Source of the DNA: a virus
Lineage: Duplodnaviria > Caudoviricetes
Length of the DNA stretch: 64,000 nt
Direction: 5' to 3' (one strand)
IMG/VR virus record: IMGVR_UViG_3300048599_000737
Location: 1 to 64,000 of that record
Part shown: positions 1 to 7,909 of the stretch, in pieces
Layout of the letters: every line of letters begins with the position of its first letter
Numbering within the stretch: the first letter of the stretch is position 1
Translations under genes and position numbers: made by a program
Notes under the pieces: generated by a model
What the model was told of the DNA's origin: nothing
The model's database searches: none
What the model saw: only the letters and a program-made list of their open reading frames with translations

Positions 1-249
1 ATGACTACGCCTCCCAACCTTGATGCCCTGCTCACTCTTCAAGAATGCGCCGATTGGCTGCGCATGCACCCCCGCGACCTGTCCGCCCGTTCGCGTGGGC
101 GCAACCCGCGCATTCCGGCCATTCGCTTCAACCGACAAGTCATCCGCTACCACCCCCGCACCATCCTGGCCAAACTCGCTGCGGAATCCGGGGTTCGCAC
201 GGAGTTGATCGCCGCCAGCCTTAATCCCAACACCCCTGAGAAAAAGTGA
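1..249 (+). CDS. Small HTH DNA-binding protein (excisionase/MerR-like)
   Basis: LLTLQECADWLRMHP...IPAIRFNRQVIRY pattern typical of HTH_17-like proteins. Confidence 0.7.
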   Translation: MTTPPNLDALLTLQECADWLRMHPRDLSARSRGRNPRIPAIRFNRQVIRYHPRTILAKLAAESGVRTELIAASLNPNTPEKK

Positions 250-497
250 ACACCAGCACTTGTAGTTTGCGCAGGTTGCCACCTAAGCAATTCCACCCCG
301 GCCTCTGCCGGGTGTGTGGGCAACTCACGCTCATGAAATGGGCGGATTTGGAACTGGGCACAGCCTCCCGACTGGCACCGCCTAAAGGATTCGGCTGGAC
401 GCGGACCATAGGTTACGTGGGCGACTGTTGCTTTAGCGCTCTGATGCTCGCCGACCAAACCCTCTCCAAAGCGAGAATCGCACGGCCCTCTATATGA
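246..497 (+). CDS. Hypothetical phage protein (Cys-containing)
   Basis: 4-bp overlaps (GTGA/ATGA) with both neighbours; CRVC motif. Confidence 0.55.
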   Translation: MNTSTCSLRRLPPKQFHPGLCRVCGQLTLMKWADLELGTASRLAPPKGFGWTRTIGYVGDCCFSALMLADQTLSKARIARPSI

Positions 498-925
498 ATC
501 CCTTCGAGACCAAAGGCTACATCGAGAAGAATGGCGAACTTGTACGTATTCAGGCCGCCGCCGAACCTCAGGCTGGTGTGGAACCAGTTGGCTCCCCCCA
601 ATGTCACTTCGAGCCCCGTCCATCCACCGATGAACAGCGACTCAATAAGACAGAAAAGGCGTTTCTGAGACATCTACGCCGTTTGAACCCGCCCTATCTG
701 GGCATCCAAAACATCACGCTCAAGCTCGGAGACGACTGTCGCTACACCCCGGACCTGAATCACATCAACGAGAACGGCCGGCTGGTCTTCATTGAAATCA
801 AGGGCTGGATGCGGGATGACGCGCTGGTGAAGCTCAAGGTGGCCGCCCGCACATTCCCCTTGTTCGATTTTGTTCTGGTAAGAAAGACCGGCACAGGCTG
901 GAGCATCACCGCCGTTAAGCCCTGA
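494..925 (+). CDS. PD-(D/E)XK endonuclease (DUF1064/T7 endonuclease I-like resolvase)
   Basis: YTPDL...FIEIKG catalytic motif. Confidence 0.75.
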   Translation: MNPFETKGYIEKNGELVRIQAAAEPQAGVEPVGSPQCHFEPRPSTDEQRLNKTEKAFLRHLRRLNPPYLGIQNITLKLGDDCRYTPDLNHINENGRLVFIEIKGWMRDDALVKLKVAARTFPLFDFVLVRKTGTGWSITAVKP

Positions 926-948
926 ATCCCCATATTACCAACTGTCCC

Positions 949-2022
949 ATGAATCCTAACCTCACCGCGGCGCTTTCCGCTCTCAAGCACGAAGACCCTT
1001 ACGCGGTCGCTCGTGCCCGGGCCTTGCTCATCGTCTATGACCAGACCTGGAGCGAGCAATGGAAGCACTATCACATTATCGAAGTGGAGCGGGAATTCAC
1101 CTTCCCATTGCTGAACCCGGAAACCGAAGCCGCCTCCCGTTCTTGGGATGAAGCTGGGAAAATGGATGTGCTGGCACTCCATAAGCCCTCAATCCGCCTG
1201 GTGGTGCTTGAGCACAAAACCTCCAGCGAAGACATCAGTCCGGGCGCCGATTACTGGGATCAGCTTCGCATGGACACCCAATGCTCCAAGTATTTCCTGG
1301 CCGCGATGCACGCCCGCCTGGGAGAAGTCAGGAGCGTCCTTTATGACGTTATCGGTAAACCGGCTCAGCGGCCCTGCCAAGTACCTCTGCGGGATGCCGA
1401 AGGTTTCAAAATCGTTTTAGACGCCGGCGGCAATCGGATCATGGCTGCCAATGGCAAGAAACCCCGCGAAACGCCCGATGTGGAAAGAGGATGGGCACTC
1501 CAGTCCAGGCTCGAAACGCCAGAGGAATTCGAGTCCCGCCTGCTGGTTGTTCTGCGGGGCAACCCGCATGCCTATTTCGCCCAGCAGGAAATCCCACGCC
1601 TGGATTCTGACATTCTGGAATACATGGGCGACCAGTGGGCCGTAGGACAACAGCTCCTCTACTTCCGCAACCGCAAGCTATGGTCGCGCAATCCCAAAGC
1701 CTGCAAACTCATGGGCACCTGCGAGATGTTCAATCTGTGCTGTGGCCGGGCCAGCGTGGACGGGGTGCGTTATCGAAAGCGGGACAGAATCCACGCCGAA
1801 CTGAGCATCCAAAGCTCCGACCATGGGGCCACTGGCGGCAACCGAGAGTTGCTCACCAACTCCAGGACCACCTGTTTTAACCGCTGCCGCCGGCTGCACT
1901 TCCTGCGTTACGAGGAAGGCATTGAAAAGACCGGCGACGTAAACGAAAACCTAAGCTTTGGCACCCTGGTCCACAAAGGGCTGGAAGCCTATTTCAACTC
2001 CATCAAAGAACACCAGCAATAG
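949..2022 (+). CDS. PD-(D/E)XK (RecB/Cas4-like) exonuclease, apparently circularly permuted
   Basis: VEREF, GKMD and LEHKT motifs near the N-terminus; Cys cluster; the usual N-terminal motif (TNSRTTCFNRCRR...FGTLVHKGLE) sits at the C-terminus. Confidence 0.8.
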   Translation: MNPNLTAALSALKHEDPYAVARARALLIVYDQTWSEQWKHYHIIEVEREFTFPLLNPETEAASRSWDEAGKMDVLALHKPSIRLVVLEHKTSSEDISPGADYWDQLRMDTQCSKYFLAAMHARLGEVRSVLYDVIGKPAQRPCQVPLRDAEGFKIVLDAGGNRIMAANGKKPRETPDVERGWALQSRLETPEEFESRLLVVLRGNPHAYFAQQEIPRLDSDILEYMGDQWAVGQQLLYFRNRKLWSRNPKACKLMGTCEMFNLCCGRASVDGVRYRKRDRIHAELSIQSSDHGATGGNRELLTNSRTTCFNRCRRLHFLRYEEGIEKTGDVNENLSFGTLVHKGLEAYFNSIKEHQQ

Positions 2023-2026
2023 ACTC

Positions 2027-2908
2027 ATGCACGACATTCTAAAACAAATCAAACGCGGTTCCAGTGAATCCACTCACCGGATCTTATTGGCCGCGCCGGA
2101 AGGTGTCGGGAAAACCACCTTTGCCTCGAAGGCCCCCAATCCCCTGTTTATCTGCGCCGAAGATGGCATGGTCGGGTTCGAGCATCTCCAGCGTTTTGTC
2201 CCAACCGGGCTGGACGACCTTCATAACCTGCTAGACGCTCTGGTCGCCTCCATCGATTTCAAAACCGTGGTTATCGACACAACGGACTGGCTGGAGCGGC
2301 TCATTTGCAGCTCAGTCTGCAAACGCGATGGCATGGCCGATATAGAAGCCTACGGTTATGGCAAGGGATACGTGGTCCTGGAAAATGAACTTGTGAAGCT
2401 ACTCCAGAAGCTCGACATCCTCCGCTCCAAAGGGCTGTGGATCATCCTATTAAGCCACGTTCAAATCAAAGCCTTCAACGACCCCACCGGCACCACTTAC
2501 GACCGCTTCGAGATGAAAGGTCAAAAGCGCTTTACGGGTATTCTTCGGGAGTGGCCAGACGCCTGTCTATTTTCCGTTCGTGAGGTCTTCAAAGCCAAAG
2601 TCAAAGGCACCCGCGCCGAAAAGGCCATTGGCGGAGACCGCGTGATGCACACCGAATGGTCTCCCGCCTGGGATGCCAAGAATCGGCTGAATCTGCCCGA
2701 GTCCATCCCCATGGAATGGGAGGATTTCGCAAAGGCTGTAGCCGATAACTCTAATGCCGCCCTCTGCGCCCAGATCCGCAAACTGCACGCCTCAGCCAAG
2801 ATTCCCGAAACCGACGTCCCCCGTTGGACCAAGGCGCTGGCCAGCCTGGAAACCATGACCGCCGACAAACTCAAGGCGGCCATCGAAAAACTCAAAGCTC
2901 TGCAATAA
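2027..2908 (+). CDS. Sak4-like/AAA_24 ATPase (ssDNA annealing recombinase)
   Basis: Walker A APEGVGKT, FICAEDG, VVIDTTDWLE, WDAKNR; start trimmed to ATG 2027. Confidence 0.85.
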   Translation: MHDILKQIKRGSSESTHRILLAAPEGVGKTTFASKAPNPLFICAEDGMVGFEHLQRFVPTGLDDLHNLLDALVASIDFKTVVIDTTDWLERLICSSVCKRDGMADIEAYGYGKGYVVLENELVKLLQKLDILRSKGLWIILLSHVQIKAFNDPTGTTYDRFEMKGQKRFTGILREWPDACLFSVREVFKAKVKGTRAEKAIGGDRVMHTEWSPAWDAKNRLNLPESIPMEWEDFAKAVADNSNAALCAQIRKLHASAKIPETDVPRWTKALASLETMTADKLKAAIEKLKALQ

Positions 2909-2910
2909 CT

Positions 2911-3471
2911 ATGGACCATGATAAATACCTCCAAGTAGCCGGTTCCTTTGAATGCATCGTCGAAAAGCCCCAAGCCGGGTGGTTTGGCGAAACTGGCGAC
3001 CGCAAAACCCCGTTCATCCGCATCCCCTGCCGGGTCACCGAGGGGCCTCAAAAAGGCAAACGCATCACCTTCAGCGGTTGGATCTCAGAAGCGGCGTTGG
3101 ACAATACCGTCGCGGCCTTGACCAAAACGTTTGGGTTTGATGGCGACCTTTACTCTCTGCATATCGGCAAGATCACCCTTGCTGGCATGCCCTGCAACAT
3201 CACCACGGAGGTAGAAACCTACCAAGGTCGCCCCCGCTGCAAGGCTAAATGGCTCAACCCGCCGGGCCGTGGCGGAGCCAAACCCATGGACGAGGCAAAG
3301 GTCAATTCCATACTCAAATCCCTGCTCAGCCGCTCCAAGGCCGTCGCCAAAGCCACCCGAGAGGAAGCCGCCAAAAGCAACTCTTCTCTCCCAAGCATGA
3401 CGACTGCCATGGCTTCCTCTGAGACGGCCCCGAACTCACCGGACGAAGGCGGCGAAGATGTTCCGTTTTGA
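2911..3471 (+). CDS. Phage single-stranded DNA-binding protein (DUF669-like)
   Basis: Follows Sak4-like gene; OB-like core and acidic C-terminal tail DEGGEDVPF. Confidence 0.75.
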   Translation: MDHDKYLQVAGSFECIVEKPQAGWFGETGDRKTPFIRIPCRVTEGPQKGKRITFSGWISEAALDNTVAALTKTFGFDGDLYSLHIGKITLAGMPCNITTEVETYQGRPRCKAKWLNPPGRGGAKPMDEAKVNSILKSLLSRSKAVAKATREEAAKSNSSLPSMTTAMASSETAPNSPDEGGEDVPF

Positions 3472-3540
3472 TACATAATGTAACCCTCTTTTCAGTGTTC
3501 CATATCATGCCCTAAAGCCCAAATTCTTCTATCTCATCAA

Positions 3541-3828
3541 ATGGCCACCCCCAATCACAAGCACTGGGGAGCGGTTCGCAAGAAGGATGCGGTCCTGCGT
3601 GACCTCATTCGTTTGCAGCATGCCCCAGTGCCCGACAGTGAGGCGTCCCTCCTTTATGCCCAGATAAAAGCCGAGGTCGCCGCGCTGGGCTTGCCTGAGT
3701 CCGACGCGACTTGGTTCTACCACAAGCTCAATCGCGACCAGTGGAAGTTCTGCGGCGTTCCCATCACGGATTGGCGCGCCACGGTCGCAAACTGGTTTAG
3801 TCACCAGTTTTTTCCAAGTCAAAGGTAG
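3541..3828 (+). CDS. Stand-alone paralogue of the initiator C-terminal domain
   Basis: LGLPESDATWFY..W..GVPITDWRATV matches IGLPEADGEWFF..W..GVPIKDWKATI in 3981-4877. Confidence 0.7.
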   Translation: MATPNHKHWGAVRKKDAVLRDLIRLQHAPVPDSEASLLYAQIKAEVAALGLPESDATWFYHKLNRDQWKFCGVPITDWRATVANWFSHQFFPSQR

Positions 3829-3980
3829 CCCCATTGAGGGCAATTCCAGAAACGTGCAAGTGTTTGAAACAGATTCTTCGCCCCGCGAGCGTGCCAGAGG
3901 TTCTGGCAACTCTGGCCTTGCGCCAGGCTTGCACACCGTATCGCGGGCGTTCTTTCCACAGCGCAAGCCTGCGAGTGACT

Positions 3981-4877
3981 ATGCCCACTAGAATCCTCCG
4001 AGAAGGTATCCTGACGAGCGAGGCCGTCAACCGGCTGTCCGACAAAGCCGAACTGTTCTACCGCCGTTTAATGTCCGTAGTTGACGACTACGGTCGGTTC
4101 TACGCCCACCCCTCCATTCTCCGCGCACACTGCTATCCCTTGAAAGTGGATTCCGTTAGCGAAGCCGATGTGAAGCAAATGCTAAGCGAGTGTATCTCAG
4201 CCTCTCCCCATCCGCTTATCCTCATTTACGGCGAGGGCAAGTATCTCCAGGTGGCTAATTTCAGGCAGCAGACCAGATCCAAGAGCAAATTCCCTGAGCC
4301 GCCTGCGCAACCTGTTGTAAAAGAGCTGCTAAGCGAATGTAAAGCAGATGACAGCATCGGCTCAGCAGCCAGTGCAGCAGATGCTAGCAAAATGATCAGC
4401 TTAGTCGGAGTCGGAGTCGGAGACGAAGGCGAAGACGGAGTCGTAGGCGTAGGCGGAGGCGGAGCTCCCAAGCAGCCGGCAAACAAAAGCAAGGGCAGCA
4501 TCGAAGAGGTGAAGGCGTTCTGCAAATCCATCGGTCTCCCCGAAGCTGACGGGGAATGGTTTTTCTACAAGTCGGAAGGCAACGGATGGAAGAACAACGG
4601 CGTTCCGATTAAGGACTGGAAAGCCACCATCCGGGCTTGGCGGATGGCCAACCACCTTCCCAGTCAAAAGAACCCACAACCAAAACCGCCCCCAGCCGCC
4701 ATCAGCGACGCCCAACAGCGCATCGAGTGGAACCAGGAACTCACCCGAGCTACCCGGGAACTTGAAAGCCTTGGCAGGGCCTCCGATTACCCGGAAGGCT
4801 CGGCCAACAACGTGCGAATCAAAGCGCTGCGCGCCCGCGCTTCAGCGCTACGCAGCCAACTCGGAATCCTCGTATGA
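3981..4877 (+). CDS. Phage replication initiator protein
   Basis: MPTRILREGILTSE...VDDYGRF N-terminal wHTH, low-complexity linker, directly upstream of DnaB; start trimmed to ATG 3981. Confidence 0.8.
   Translation: MPTRILREGILTSEAVNRLSDKAELFYRRLMSVVDDYGRFYAHPSILRAHCYPLKVDSVSEADVKQMLSECISASPHPLILIYGEGKYLQVANFRQQTRSKSKFPEPPAQPVVKELLSECKADDSIGSAASAADASKMISLVGVGVGDEGEDGVVGVGGGGAPKQPANKSKGSIEEVKAFCKSIGLPEADGEWFFYKSEGNGWKNNGVPIKDWKATIRAWRMANHLPSQKNPQPKPPPAAISDAQQRIEWNQELTRATRELESLGRASDYPEGSANNVRIKALRARASALRSQLGILV
4403..4462 (+). repeat. Ten degenerate tandem hexamers AG(T/A/G)CG(G/A/T) inside the initiator gene
   Basis: agtcgg agtcgg agtcgg agacga aggcga agacgg agtcgt aggcgt aggcgg aggcgg. Confidence 0.75.
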
Positions 4878-6313
4878 ACATGGAAACTTTCCTATCCGAC
4901 CTCCCTACCCCCTCCCGCACGAGACAGGAGCGCATGGTTCCCCACTCGCCCGAAGCGGAGTTGGGCGTGCTAGGCTGCCTACTCCTGGCCCCAAACGATT
5001 GCTTTCCGGAGTGCATCGAAGCGTTCAAAGGCATGGAGGATGCCTTCTACGACCTGCGACACCAGACCGTCTTCAAAGCCCTTCTGGAGATGCACGAGGC
5101 ACAGGAGCCCATCGACTTGATCACCGTCCACCACAAGCTCCACAATGCCCAGCTGTTGCAGCAGGTCGGCGGCGTCGCCTATCTGTCTGCGGCGATAGAT
5201 TCCGTGCCTTCGGCAGCGAACCTCAGTTACTACCTCGAAATCCTGCGAGAGAAGTTCCTGTTGCGCCGGTTAATCACCGCCTGCACCGAAATCCTGGGTA
5301 GCGTTTACGACCACGAGGGCGAGGTGGATGAAGTCCTGGACAAGTCCGAATCCAACTTCATGGCGATCAACCAGCTCAGGCTCAAAACCGCCACCCGCAC
5401 CACCGCAATCCTGGTCAAGGAGGCGGCGGTACGGATTGAGGCTGCCTACAAATCCCAAGGGGAGCCCTCTGGCCTGCGCACAGGCTTCCAACGGCTCGAC
5501 CGCATGACTGACGGGCTACATGGCGGAGAGATGGTCATCATCGCCGCTCGCCCCTCGGTAGGCAAAAGCAGCCTCATGATGAACATTGTCGAGAACATCG
5601 TCCTGGAGCAGAAGCTCCCGGTCGGCGTGTTCAGCCTGGAAATGTCCGGCACCGCACTCGTCCAGCGCAGCATCGGTAGCGTGGGCAAGGTGAACATTCG
5701 CGAGCCATGGGATTTTACTGACGCCGATTTCAGGGCCATGACTCTGGCGGCGACAAAGCTCCACACCGCCAGCAGTCGGCTCATCATCGACGACACCCCA
5801 GGTCTCTCCATTCTGGAGCTGCGCGCCCGCGCGCGGCGGATGGTGCAGCAGCACAAAATCAAGGCGCTGTTCATCGACTACCTGCAATTGCTTCACGGCA
5901 CCAGCAAAAAGGCCAAGGATAACCGCCAGATTGAAATCAGCGAGGTGTCCCAGGGCATCAAATCCCTCGCCAAGGAGTTGAACCTCCCAGTGGTCGCCCT
6001 TTCGCAGCTCAACCGCGACCTGGAGAAGAACCAACGCCGCCCCCGGCTGAGTGATTTGCGCGAGTCTGGAGCCCTGGAGCAGGATGCCGATGTGATCGGC
6101 TTGTTGTCACTGAACATTGAGACCGATGTGGAAGGCGTTCCCATTCCTTCAGCGGACGGCACGATCCAGGCTGTCCTAGACATCGCCAAACAGCGGGCCG
6201 GCCCCACCGGGGAGATTAAACTGCGACTCAGAAAGAAGTTCACCCTGTTCGAGACCGCCTCAGAGTTCGAGCCAGCAGAGGATGAGGCTCGCTGCCCGCA
6301 CAACGACCGATGA
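4874..6313 (+). CDS. dnaB: Replicative DNA helicase
   Basis: PHSPEAELGVLG, Walker A ARPSVGKS, FSLEM, IDYLQL, LSQLNR, DLRESGALEQDAD. Confidence 0.96.
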   Translation: MNMETFLSDLPTPSRTRQERMVPHSPEAELGVLGCLLLAPNDCFPECIEAFKGMEDAFYDLRHQTVFKALLEMHEAQEPIDLITVHHKLHNAQLLQQVGGVAYLSAAIDSVPSAANLSYYLEILREKFLLRRLITACTEILGSVYDHEGEVDEVLDKSESNFMAINQLRLKTATRTTAILVKEAAVRIEAAYKSQGEPSGLRTGFQRLDRMTDGLHGGEMVIIAARPSVGKSSLMMNIVENIVLEQKLPVGVFSLEMSGTALVQRSIGSVGKVNIREPWDFTDADFRAMTLAATKLHTASSRLIIDDTPGLSILELRARARRMVQQHKIKALFIDYLQLLHGTSKKAKDNRQIEISEVSQGIKSLAKELNLPVVALSQLNRDLEKNQRRPRLSDLRESGALEQDADVIGLLSLNIETDVEGVPIPSADGTIQAVLDIAKQRAGPTGEIKLRLRKKFTLFETASEFEPAEDEARCPHNDR

Positions 6314-6343
6314 CGCCTGCCCACAAACTTCGCCCCAATACAT

Positions 6344-6721
6344 ATGACCACGCCCTCCAAAGGCATCCGGCGCAAAAAGAGTGCCATGACGGACTTTTGC
6401 CAGTTCGTTTCCAGGAATTGTCACTTGCCACATCCGACCACGCGAGCGGTTATGCTCGCCTGGCGCCAGTTCATGACCCAGCAACTGACGGTCGGAAACA
6501 TCGTCTATCTTGAACACTTCGGGAAATGGAAGATCACGGTTCGGGGTCAGAGCCGGATTGTAACCCTGCGCCCGCCAAAAAAGGAAGGAGGCCGCGGCGA
6601 GCCTCGAACCGTTACCATCCGCCCGTCTCTGTTCATTTCCTTCAAGGCGTCCAAACAACTCAAGTCCGAGGTCAGGAAACACTATGAAGCCACGAATCCG
6701 AAACCAGAAAAACGAGATTGA
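6344..6721 (+). CDS. HU/IHF-family DNA-binding protein
   Basis: VYLEHFGKWKI...ISFKASKQLKSEV matches the HU fold. Confidence 0.75.
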   Translation: MTTPSKGIRRKKSAMTDFCQFVSRNCHLPHPTTRAVMLAWRQFMTQQLTVGNIVYLEHFGKWKITVRGQSRIVTLRPPKKEGGRGEPRTVTIRPSLFISFKASKQLKSEVRKHYEATNPKPEKRD

Positions 6722-6726
6722 CTGCC

Positions 6727-6978
6727 TTAGGGGCGCAACAGCTTCTGGAGGGAGGTCTTGTAGAGCTTGGCCAGCTTAAGGATCTCCTTGCGGCCAGCAA
6801 GTTTCCCGCTTCGCTCCCAGTACATAAGCGTAGTACGCGGAATGCCTGTGCTCCTGGATACTTCCGCCTGGGTCAACTGCTTGTTCTGGCGGAGGTGGAG
6901 GAGCCAGGCTCCATAGCGGCTACGGGGTGCTTTCGGTTTCCGGCCCATTCGCCTCAAAGGATAGAGCTGAAATGACAT
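6727..6978 (-). CDS. XRE-family HTH repressor
   Basis: LRQNKQLTQAEVSRSTGIPRTTLMYWERSG; start uncertain (ATG 6978 chosen). Confidence 0.85.
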   Translation of the reverse strand: MSFQLYPLRRMGRKPKAPRSRYGAWLLHLRQNKQLTQAEVSRSTGIPRTTLMYWERSGKLAGRKEILKLAKLYKTSLQKLLRP

Positions 6979-6988
6979 TTGAGTTACT

Positions 6989-7010
6989 TTTTGACAATAG
7001 ATTGTCAAAA
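6989..7010. promoter_or_regulatory. Perfect palindromic operator candidate TTTTGACAAT-AG-ATTGTCAAAA
   Basis: 10-bp inverted repeat just upstream of the XRE gene, with TTGACA on both strands. Confidence 0.7.
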
Positions 7011-7499
7011 TGAAAAATAGTTCTTGCCCACTGCCCTGGAGAAGCGTATAAGCGAAATAGCTTGGCTAAGGATAACCAAGCACAGATGAAATCTGAGATA
7101 GCCATGACGTTTTCGGCACTATGAAACGGAGGTTAACAACCTTGGTTACAGAAATGCGATGCCCTTGGAAGTATCGCAGACAGTTCGCTATTCACCCCCT
7201 GTCCCCTGGTGGGGTTAAAAAATAATTGAAGATTTTTGAAAGATCGAGTCGTTTTGGTCCGTATATATAGTAGAGAGTTGTCCGTTTACCTTGGCAGCTA
7301 AGCAAAGGCCGAGCGAGGAGACAGCTTAAATGGGAGCCGTAGGGCTCTAAATCAGAAGCACATGGGAAATGGTTACAGAGGCCGGGTTGCGAGTTACATC
7401 GGACAAAGTGTCCGGGTGTTGTCGCGCAGTTTTCGTCAGGCCGTCCCATGGGCAAGGCTCACCATCCCCCCTTTGAACCGCTCTCGCCGACTGGAAAAG

Positions 7500-7721
7500 T
7501 CAAAGCTCGCTCACGAGATCCCGAACGCGCACATCGAGAGCCTCAGCTATTCTCAGCAGCGCATGCAGGCTGATCCATTGCTCCCCACGCTCGACTTTCC
7601 CAATGTACACAGGATGGAGTTCGGCTTTTTCCGCGAGTTCTTCCTGGCTCAGCCCAGCCTCTTTACGGAATTGCCTGATTGCATCGCCCAAGATTTTAAG
7701 GTGTTTTTGGGTGCGCGGCAC
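7500..7721 (-). CDS. XRE-family regulator (RM controller-protein-like)
   Basis: GLSQEELAEKAELHPVYIGKVERGEQWISLHALLRIAEAL; GTG start. Confidence 0.88.
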   Translation of the reverse strand: MPRTQKHLKILGDAIRQFRKEAGLSQEELAEKAELHPVYIGKVERGEQWISLHALLRIAEALDVRVRDLVSEL

Positions 7722-7909
7722 AGAGATTTAGCAAAGCAGGATGATAAAGACATGAACACACCCAACATGGGTTTATTTGATTCTTGGTTTTCCAAACGGC
7801 TCACAACAGAAAGAAACGTGTCCGGAGTTGGTGGATTCAGATCCTCCGATGGTTCGGCCCTTTATCGGCCGCAGTGTTGTTGAATCTAAAAGCCAACGGA
7901 AATACGAAT

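Noticed and set aside
949-2022. Cas4/CRISPR system
   Set aside because: No cas1/cas2 or repeat-spacer array was seen anywhere; the exonuclease-Sak4-SSB context is phage recombination
6310-6513. 67-aa ORF coupled to dnaB
   Set aside because: Overlaps the better-supported HU-like gene in another frame
7362-7883. 173-aa plus-strand ORF
   Set aside because: Antisense to the XRE regulator; no domain features
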